From positions 1 through 32,949 of IMG/VR virus record IMGVR_UViG_3300048851_000230: a stretch of DNA of 32,949 nt, one strand, 5' to 3'. The notes under the pieces are model-generated. The model saw only the letters and a program-made list of their open reading frames with translations. It was not told the DNA's origin and ran no database searches. Of this stretch, positions 26,139 to 32,949 are shown piece after piece. This stretch comes from a virus (lineage: Duplodnaviria; Caudoviricetes). The position numbers and the translations under genes were made by a program. Numbering within the stretch: position 1 is the first letter of the stretch; each line of letters starts with the position of its first letter.

Positions 26139-29100
26139 ATGGCCCTTATCTCTGTCGGGCAGTTGTCGATCGTTGATGCGAACGACGGACTGTCAGCGCA
26201 ACTTACTTCTAACTCAATTGTCCTCCCGGCAGACGCAGCGGGTAACGTCAACTCTTACGCGGGCGCTGAAACGTCCTTCACGATATACGAAGGCGGCGTG
26301 GATATGTCCTCTAAGTGGGGATACTTCGTAAGCGCGACTGGTGGCGGTGTAACTTACCGCGATATCAACGACGCGGTTAATCGCTCGGACACTGGACCGA
26401 CGAACGGCGTTCTCGACTCCAACTACCTTAAGGTCACCAGCCTTACGCAATCGCTATCGTGGATCGACATAACCGCGACCCGTGCGCAGCAGCAGAACAT
26501 CGTCCGCCGCTACAGCATCGCTAAGGCCAATACAGGCGCTACAGGCACCAGAGGCACCCTCACAGCCACGCGCGCCATCGCGGGTGGTGTCTGGGTAGAT
26601 GCAGACGCAGCAACGGCTATCGCGGGCATTGGCGGCGGTTCTCCGATCAACGGGGATATCGTCACGCTCTTCCGTGCCTCCCCGGTCTTTTCCGAAACGC
26701 GTGTATTCAACGGAACCGCATGGATCACGATGGCCGCATATCTTGCGGGGTCGCAAATCATCGATGGATCGGTAAGCGGCGGTAAGCTTATTGCACAGTC
26801 GATTACTGCAACGCAGATCGCGGGCAGCACGATCACTGCAAACCAAATCGCGGGTAGCACAATCACCGCAAACCAGCTTGCCGCGAACACGATTACGGCA
26901 GCTAAGATTGCGGGTAACACGATCACAGCCGCACAGATCGCAGGCAACACCATCACGGCTGCACAGATTGCCGCTAACACGATCTCGACAAGTCGGCTCG
27001 CCGTTTCCGATTTCACCAACTACGCGGCGAATGGCGACCTGTCGCTGGGCAACGTTAATTGGTCCAATCTGGTAATTACCGATGCTACCAACGCGTATAA
27101 CGGAACGAACGTAATTGCGCTTCCTCCTGCTGCATCGGCGCGATACGCGAGCAATGATAACGTATTCAGCGTTAAGGGCGGCGACCAATTCTATTTGGAG
27201 TGGTGGGGTAAAGCCGGGTCCGACATGGATTCGAACTTTAACGTTTACCTTCGTGTGAACAATGCGGCTGGTGCACAGGTCCAGACCATCAACGTTGGCA
27301 GCATCAACGCAGCGCAGAAAGTCTACACGCTGGTTTCAGGGTCCGCGACGATCACCGCCACGGGCTACACCGCGTATCTCCAAATCAACTATAACAACAC
27401 GGTCGGCACCGGTTATATCGGCTTGGTTCGTCTGCGTCGTAAGAACGAAGGAAGCTTAATCGTTGATGGCGCGATTAGCGCTAATCAACTTTCCGCGCTT
27501 GCTGTCACCACTGATAAGCTGGCCGCTGGTGCAGTTACAGCAGACAAGCTTACGGCCAACTCGGTCACTGCGAACAAGCTTACGTTGTTGAGCCGTCCGA
27601 TCTCAACAATCGGCATTAACATGCGGGTCAACGCGTCTGGTTCGATGGATTGGGACGCAGGTCAAATCCGCACCATAGATGCGGCTGGTGCGATGATCTC
27701 TTACAGTGTTACGGCTGCGTCTAACGTCGCTTACAATGGATCGACGATCTATTTCTTTTTCATGCCGGGTCGGACTGGCATCGATTACAACAACGACCCG
27801 GCGAACCTTATCAATCCCGGTTACATTCCGCTCGCTGTCTGGAAAGGCGCGAGCGACCTTACGGTTATGTCTGGTGTCGGGACTTCGATTAACGGCGACC
27901 AGATTGTTGTCGGATCGATTAGCGCTAACAAGATTAAAGCCAACTCAATCACCGCCAACGAAATCGCAGGCGGCACCATCACGGGCGACAAGCTTGTAGC
28001 CGGGACCATCACGGCTGCACAAATCGCGGCGGGCGCTATTGTTGCTTCGAAGCTGGCAATCGGTAACAGCGACAACATAGTCCCTGATAGCGATATGCGC
28101 GACGTTACGTTTTGGATTGGCGACACTCCAACCGCGCTGGTCTATCAAGGCGACCAGAACGGCGGCTGGCCTTTCTCCCGTTACTTGCGGTTCAACACCA
28201 CAGGTGGCGCTTTCAGATATAGTGGACGCCCATTTCCTGTCGAACCCGGCGCTACCTATAAAATCAAACTCGGTATCTACATCGGTGGATCGACTGCCAA
28301 CACGTGGTTCAATCCGCTAATCAATGTTCCTTATGTTTCCAATATGTCGCTTAAGAGCGGCGCGAACGTGGCAACACCAGCGGCAGCAGATGCAACTAAC
28401 GGATATGTTGGTAATGTAGACTCGCGTTCTACGGAGTTCATCTTTACCAACCCTACTGGCATCACAGATAACGCAAACAGACTGCTAAGGTTTGAGTTCT
28501 ACGGAGACTTGCAAGGCGCTTACGTCGAATTCATGGTCTCGATGGTCCGCGTGTCGGATAACACGTTGATCCAAGACGGCGCGATCACGACCACGAAGAT
28601 TACCGTCAACTCGCTTAACGGTGACCGCATAAAGGTTGGCACGCTTGACGCTGATAGGATTAGCGCTACTTCCGTTCTGTCGAATACCATTACAGTATCG
28701 GGCGCATCAACGCTCGCTAACGCCTTCACCTCCGCAACGTGGGCCGGTGTCAGTGGAACGGGCAAGCCTGCCGACAACGCGACTGTAGGCGCACCAGCGG
28801 GGACCTACGTTGGCACGCAACTCGCACAGGACATGGTTACGGATGTCGCGAACGCGAAGGCGGCGGTCGGGCAGATCGCGAACGACAACGTTCTATCGAT
28901 CAACGAGAAGTCGGATATTATCCGCGAATGGAACCGCATCGATTCCAGCCGCACGAACCTTGGCGCACGTCTTGCCGCGCTCGGTTTGTCCAGAGCGGCT
29001 ATTGATACGGCTTACACGGCGCTGCAAAGCTATCTGGTAAGTTTGACGCCTGCGTGGTCGGACGTAACGCTTAACACGCCGATCGTTGGCGCGACCTTCC

Positions 29101-31613
29101 GTCAAAAGTTTCAGGACTATTACGCACAGGAAACCGCTGCGATCTCGAACGCGACCGCAACCGCCGCGACGACATCTGCATGGGCTGGCGTGACGGGGAC
29201 GGGGAAGCCTGCCGATGGTGCGACCGTTGGCGCTCCCGTGGGAACGAGTGTCGCGGGTATGCCTGCACAGGATATTGTTAATTCGGTTACCGCCGCGACT
29301 TCCGACAACATTCTATCGCCAGCCGAAAAGCCGATGATTTGGGCCGAATGGCAGCGCGTTCTAAGGGAAGAGGCCAGCTTATACACGCGTGGAACGGAGT
29401 ATGTGACGGGCGGCAAGGCCGCGCGCTATGACGTGCAGACTAAGCGCGATGCTGCGTCCACAGCTAAGACCAACCTGTCGAACTACATCAACACCTTCAG
29501 CCCCGCGCTTACTTCGTTTGAAACTACAACGGCGGTTAATGGCGCGTCCTTACGTGATCTCTTCTACGCCTATTACGACAAGGTAGAGCCCTTTAAGGTC
29601 GCTCTGCAATATCTCGCGTCTGAAAGCGGCGATTGGGCTTTGGTGACGGGCGCTGGTAAGGCGGCGGACAATGCAACCGTTGGTGCGCCTTCCGGAACCA
29701 ACGTTGGTTCAACACTCGCACAGACGATCGAAAGCCGTGCGAACAATCCAGCCGCGACCGTCAACGCGAACGTTACGACCATCGATCCGGGTAAGATTCT
29801 TATCTCGGGATCAACCACGCTTTCTTCGTGGCGGAATGGCGGAGACAACACCAAGATCGAAGGCGGATCGATTGCGGCTAACACAATTTCGGCTAACAAG
29901 ATTACGGTTGGTAGCCGTGGCTTAAGCTTCGAAGGAATCAACTTCGAGGTTAAGGCTGTGCCGACTTCCGCCCAAGAGCTAACTTGGAGCGGTGGTTACA
30001 TTCAGTATGTCAATGATGCAGGCACAGGCGTTGCGATCTTAATCGCGGCTGGCAACACGCTTGGCGTGACTAAGCGCTGCTTCGTCTACTGGACTAAAGG
30101 AGAAGCGGCGCTTCGTGTCGCTACTTCGGCAGAACCGATTATGGCAGATCAAAACTCCGTGATGATCGGGACGTATTACGGCGGAACCACGTTTAACATG
30201 ACGTATGGTTCTACCATCATCAATGGCGACCGTATCACCACGGGAAGCATCACAGCGAACCAGATTGCGGCTAACACCATCACGGCTGGCCAGATTGCGG
30301 CTGGATCGATCACAGCCAATGAACTCTCGGTTGGCGGAAGTGTCGAAGGTTTGCTGATGAACGGTGGTGCGGAAACTGGCACGACTGAGGGTTGGACCGG
30401 ACAGGGCTTCGTCTTGGCTGGCGGTAACGGCTCTGCATACAACCACGGACAGAACCCTAATAGCGGGAACGGCTATTCGTCTAAGGCCTTCCCGGTGACG
30501 GCTGGTCGAACCTACACGTTCAACTATGATCTCTATGGCACGAACGCTTACTTCCGCATCATGTGGGCGGCAGCAAAACCCGCGTTCAACACTCCCAATA
30601 ATGGCCAAGTCGATCTCCTCGCAAACGGCGGAAGCGGCAGCTTCTGGCAGTCTTACACGGGCGCTTGGACCGCACCTAATGGCGCGAATTGGGTAAGCAT
30701 CGTGCTTTACAACACCGGCACGTCTAACGCGATCTATTGGGATAACATACAGGTCTTTGAACAGGTGTCTGGCGTTCGGATTAAGAACGGCGCAATCACG
30801 GCGGATAAGATCGCGGTTGGTAGTCTCTCGGCTATCAACGCGAACATTGGCGAGGTGACGGCGGGAACGATCCGGAACGCGAGCGGCACCACGAACTTGA
30901 ACCTTAACAACGGGGATTTCACGTTCGATATCAACTCGTTTAAGCTTAACTCTCCCGGCAACGTCATTACCAATCCGTTTGAATATTCGAACGGCGCTCT
31001 TCGCATGAAAAACGTTGTGATCGATGGCGGCACAATCGCGAACGTGACTATTAGCACGTCTAAAATCATCGGTAACTCGGTGACGACCAACGCTTACTAC
31101 ACGATCGACAGCGGCGGCAGTATGGGCGGCTTCCCGCAAAACACCTTCGTTGACTTCAACACGACCAGCTATGGTGGCGGCGGCAGCGATGGCGGCGGCG
31201 GCGGCGGATCGGGCGGCGGCGGTGGCGCTTGTCCGGTTCTCAATACACCAATCTTGCTGGCAAACAGTGAACGCGATGGTCCGGGTGAAATCATCATGGC
31301 TGGCGACCTTAAGGCCGATCACGATTGGGTCTGGACGCAGCACGGGACGACTAAGGAATGGGGCGCGTTCCGGGTTACCTACGCGCGTGTCGTGCAAGAC
31401 GTTGTTGTTCACGAAGTCACGATCGACGGTAACATGCTTACGGCCTCGTGGGATCACCCGGTTTGGGTTGATGGCCGTTGGGAAACGATGGCCGCTCTGT
31501 CGGACACGTGTGGACGTGCAGACGTGATGCGTATCACTATCGATGACGCGCATACATACATCAGCAACGGCATTCTTTCGCACAACAAAGTCGTAAACCA
31601 ACAACAGGTATAA
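26139..31613 (+). CDS. Giant tail fibre/adhesin with 10-aa repeats, CBM-like domains and a C-terminal Hint domain
   Basis: ITAxQIAxxT repeats; W..V.G.GK.AD.ATVGAP three times (28740, 29181, 29634); NGxx-led beta-sandwich modules; Gly linker then C...TASWDHP...TYISNGILSHN. Confidence 0.85.
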   Translation: MALISVGQLSIVDANDGLSAQLTSNSIVLPADAAGNVNSYAGAETSFTIYEGGVDMSSKWGYFVSATGGGVTYRDINDAVNRSDTGPTNGVLDSNYLKVTSLTQSLSWIDITATRAQQQNIVRRYSIAKANTGATGTRGTLTATRAIAGGVWVDADAATAIAGIGGGSPINGDIVTLFRASPVFSETRVFNGTAWITMAAYLAGSQIIDGSVSGGKLIAQSITATQIAGSTITANQIAGSTITANQLAANTITAAKIAGNTITAAQIAGNTITAAQIAANTISTSRLAVSDFTNYAANGDLSLGNVNWSNLVITDATNAYNGTNVIALPPAASARYASNDNVFSVKGGDQFYLEWWGKAGSDMDSNFNVYLRVNNAAGAQVQTINVGSINAAQKVYTLVSGSATITATGYTAYLQINYNNTVGTGYIGLVRLRRKNEGSLIVDGAISANQLSALAVTTDKLAAGAVTADKLTANSVTANKLTLLSRPISTIGINMRVNASGSMDWDAGQIRTIDAAGAMISYSVTAASNVAYNGSTIYFFFMPGRTGIDYNNDPANLINPGYIPLAVWKGASDLTVMSGVGTSINGDQIVVGSISANKIKANSITANEIAGGTITGDKLVAGTITAAQIAAGAIVASKLAIGNSDNIVPDSDMRDVTFWIGDTPTALVYQGDQNGGWPFSRYLRFNTTGGAFRYSGRPFPVEPGATYKIKLGIYIGGSTANTWFNPLINVPYVSNMSLKSGANVATPAAADATNGYVGNVDSRSTEFIFTNPTGITDNANRLLRFEFYGDLQGAYVEFMVSMVRVSDNTLIQDGAITTTKITVNSLNGDRIKVGTLDADRISATSVLSNTITVSGASTLANAFTSATWAGVSGTGKPADNATVGAPAGTYVGTQLAQDMVTDVANAKAAVGQIANDNVLSINEKSDIIREWNRIDSSRTNLGARLAALGLSRAAIDTAYTALQSYLVSLTPAWSDVTLNTPIVGATFRQKFQDYYAQETAAISNATATAATTSAWAGVTGTGKPADGATVGAPVGTSVAGMPAQDIVNSVTAATSDNILSPAEKPMIWAEWQRVLREEASLYTRGTEYVTGGKAARYDVQTKRDAASTAKTNLSNYINTFSPALTSFETTTAVNGASLRDLFYAYYDKVEPFKVALQYLASESGDWALVTGAGKAADNATVGAPSGTNVGSTLAQTIESRANNPAATVNANVTTIDPGKILISGSTTLSSWRNGGDNTKIEGGSIAANTISANKITVGSRGLSFEGINFEVKAVPTSAQELTWSGGYIQYVNDAGTGVAILIAAGNTLGVTKRCFVYWTKGEAALRVATSAEPIMADQNSVMIGTYYGGTTFNMTYGSTIINGDRITTGSITANQIAANTITAGQIAAGSITANELSVGGSVEGLLMNGGAETGTTEGWTGQGFVLAGGNGSAYNHGQNPNSGNGYSSKAFPVTAGRTYTFNYDLYGTNAYFRIMWAAAKPAFNTPNNGQVDLLANGGSGSFWQSYTGAWTAPNGANWVSIVLYNTGTSNAIYWDNIQVFEQVSGVRIKNGAITADKIAVGSLSAINANIGEVTAGTIRNASGTTNLNLNNGDFTFDINSFKLNSPGNVITNPFEYSNGALRMKNVVIDGGTIANVTISTSKIIGNSVTTNAYYTIDSGGSMGGFPQNTFVDFNTTSYGGGGSDGGGGGGSGGGGGACPVLNTPILLANSERDGPGEIIMAGDLKADHDWVWTQHGTTKEWGAFRVTYARVVQDVVVHEVTIDGNMLTASWDHPVWVDGRWETMAALSDTCGRADVMRITIDDAHTYISNGILSHNKVVNQQQV
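31230..31586 (+). other. Hint (intein-like, BIL-type) domain, 119 aa
   Basis: N-terminal Cys (aa 1698), block B-like S-W-D-H-P, terminal His-Asn followed by Lys; no endonuclease insert. Confidence 0.85.
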
Positions 31614-31621
31614 AGGAAAAA

Positions 31622-31945
31622 ATGGCAACATTAGCAGTTAACATATCCTGCACTGCGGGGGGGACCACACAGGTTCGCGCAGACTTCGAAGTAAGGCGTT
31701 CGGGTAGCAGCAACGATCAAGCGCAAATCCGCATCGTAAGGCGGATAGATGGCCAAGGCGATGTCGTCTTACCATCCGCTCCGCAGTTCGTTTTACCATC
31801 CGATCGCGATACGCGCGGGTGGACGTTCCTTGACGTTAATCTTCCATCCGATGGCGTTTACACATACGTCCTTCAGATCAACCGGATTAACGGCGCGGGG
31901 ACATTCTACGCGATGGCATTAACAGCCGTGCACTACCGGAAGTGA
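31622..31945 (+). CDS. Small beta-sandwich tail-associated protein
   Basis: AAGGA SD right after the fibre stop; alternating beta-strand pattern, G.YTY.LQ. Confidence 0.7.
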   Translation: MATLAVNISCTAGGTTQVRADFEVRRSGSSNDQAQIRIVRRIDGQGDVVLPSAPQFVLPSDRDTRGWTFLDVNLPSDGVYTYVLQINRINGAGTFYAMALTAVHYRK

Positions 31946-32001
31946 CCTGTTCTTCCTTAACGCAAGCGGCCTGTGATTGCCTCCCGCGCATAAATAGCTC
32001 G

Positions 32002-32031
32002 ATGAAAATTGATAACACCAACGCGCGATGA
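32002..32031 (+). CDS. Putative 9-aa leaderless uORF (MKIDNTNAR)
   Basis: ATG 5 nt after TAAATA (31991-31996); its TGA overlaps the ATG at 32028. Confidence 0.35.
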   Translation: MKIDNTNAR

Positions 32032-32549
32032 ACCGCGCTGTAACACTCGGGATGACTAAGAGCCCCTTCCCTGCGTCCTTTGATGGATCATCGCCGCTGT
32101 TCGCGTTCGTTTTGTTCGCGATGATTGTCGCGAGTTGTCTCGCGCTTACTCTCGCGATCGTTCAGGTTAAGCAGCTATGGGCAGACCGTCGCTACGGTTA
32201 CGATCCATCATGGGCGATTAACTCACTGGTCTTAGCTGTGTGTTGCGGGATCATCATGCGATGCGTTCCAGACGCGGCTTACATGATAAGCTTTGGAGAT
32301 GCCGAACCAGCAACGCTACAGACGCTGCTTACGACCAAGCGTTTCATGGATTTCTTTTTCCTCGCACCGGTAATTTACTGGATGGCCATCTTTACGATGT
32401 GGCGCGCGGACATTGCGCTTAAGCTTCGGTCACCGTCTAACGTAGTTTATTCGGACTTTAGGTATGCGCGCCTTAAGCGCTTTATCGGCTTAGTAGGTTT
32501 GTCAGGCGCGCTCGCAATTGCTGTCACGCTTGGGCGGCTATATCATTAA
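32028..32549 (+). CDS. Membrane protein (about four TM segments), lysis-cassette position
   Basis: Four hydrophobic segments; follows the tail genes. Confidence 0.7.
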   Translation: MNRAVTLGMTKSPFPASFDGSSPLFAFVLFAMIVASCLALTLAIVQVKQLWADRRYGYDPSWAINSLVLAVCCGIIMRCVPDAAYMISFGDAEPATLQTLLTTKRFMDFFFLAPVIYWMAIFTMWRADIALKLRSPSNVVYSDFRYARLKRFIGLVGLSGALAIAVTLGRLYH

Positions 32550-32556
32550 ATAGAAG

Positions 32557-32949
32557 ATGATAGAACGCATCGCCAGCGCAAGTGGCTTGGTCCTTAGCGC
32601 TGGTGCTACAGCCGCTGGAACATCCGTTGCCATCTCCTCACCCTCGCCTTACGCGTGGCTTATCCCCGTGGTTTGCGGCTGCTTAGCCGCGCTTATCGTG
32701 CGTGGGATAACCGTCTCGACACCAACTAAGCGGAAGAAAGTTTGGCGCTTCGAACTCCTCGTAACGCTCTTGGTCTTGCTGCTTACGGGCGTCATTGTCG
32801 AGGAACAAGCGATGTCGGTTATGCGCGCGACTTTTTTGGGAATTGGCTTAGGCGGCACGGGTGTAGGCGTCATATCGTTTGCACGGAACGCATCGCTGGC
32901 GGCGCTTAAGTCGCTGGTTAGCGCGGCTGATACCACGCAGGATAAGTGA
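32557..32949 (+). CDS. Membrane protein, putative holin
   Basis: About three hydrophobic segments with a basic loop; ATG 4 nt after TAAATA. Confidence 0.55.
   Translation: MIERIASASGLVLSAGATAAGTSVAISSPSPYAWLIPVVCGCLAALIVRGITVSTPTKRKKVWRFELLVTLLVLLLTGVIVEEQAMSVMRATFLGIGLGGTGVGVISFARNASLAALKSLVSAADTTQDK

Larger units (their letters stand above)
1..32949 (+). mobile_element. HK97-like siphophage or prophage (ends, integrase and endolysin not in window)
   Basis: Complete syntenic packaging-head-neck-tail module plus a replication module. Confidence 0.92.

Noticed and set aside
26800-26990. 30-nt periodic repeats (and the 21-nt repeats at 14530) as a CRISPR array
   Set aside because: Degenerate in-frame protein repeats with no unique spacers and no cas genes.
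31230-31613. Canonical mobile intein
   Set aside because: The +1 residue is Lys, the C-extein is only 8 aa and there is no homing endonuclease; it fits a BIL-type Hint better.
30039-31631. 530-aa minus-strand ORF and the many other antisense ORFs in the track
   Set aside because: They shadow well-supported plus-strand genes and show no recognisable motifs or start signals.
26139-31945. Diversity-generating retroelement acting on the fibre tip
   Set aside because: No reverse transcriptase and no template/variable repeat pair seen in the window.
1-32949. tRNA, rRNA, integrase, att site, CI repressor, sigma factor, endolysin
   Set aside because: None recognisable in the window; they may lie in the flanks.

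Overview
This window is most of a long-tailed (siphovirus-type) HK97-like phage or prophage, probably from an alphaproteobacterial host; the host guess comes from codon style and protein types only. From left to right it holds: the C-terminal part of a probable AAA+ ATPase; small leftward ORFs; an AlpA/Xis-like HTH; a P4/PICI-style replication module (Prim-Pol, SF3-type helicase, iteron origin); a leftward accessory block with two atypical HNH-family genes; an operon of small genes including an Ntn-hydrolase; packaging genes (HNH, cos-like region, TerS, TerL); head genes; neck and tail genes; a 1824-aa tail fibre ending in a Hint domain; and two membrane proteins that probably begin the lysis cassette. 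No integrase, CI-type repressor, sigma factor or endolysin is visible. The strongest unexplained signal is the hexamer TAAATA, the core of the T4/gp55-type late promoter. I found 21 copies by eye, all at gene boundaries or near gene ends. Ten lie exactly 4-5 nt before an ATG that mostly lacks a Shine-Dalgarno, implying leaderless mRNAs. Others precede Shine-Dalgarno-led genes, one with a T4-style RBS-occluding hairpin, or ORF-free structured segments that may be ncRNAs, one of them potentially double-pseudoknotted. This suggests, by inference, an element whose excision, replication and morphogenesis all depend on one -10-only sigma factor, possibly supplied by a T4-like helper phage. All family assignments are from motif recognition; no database search was run.
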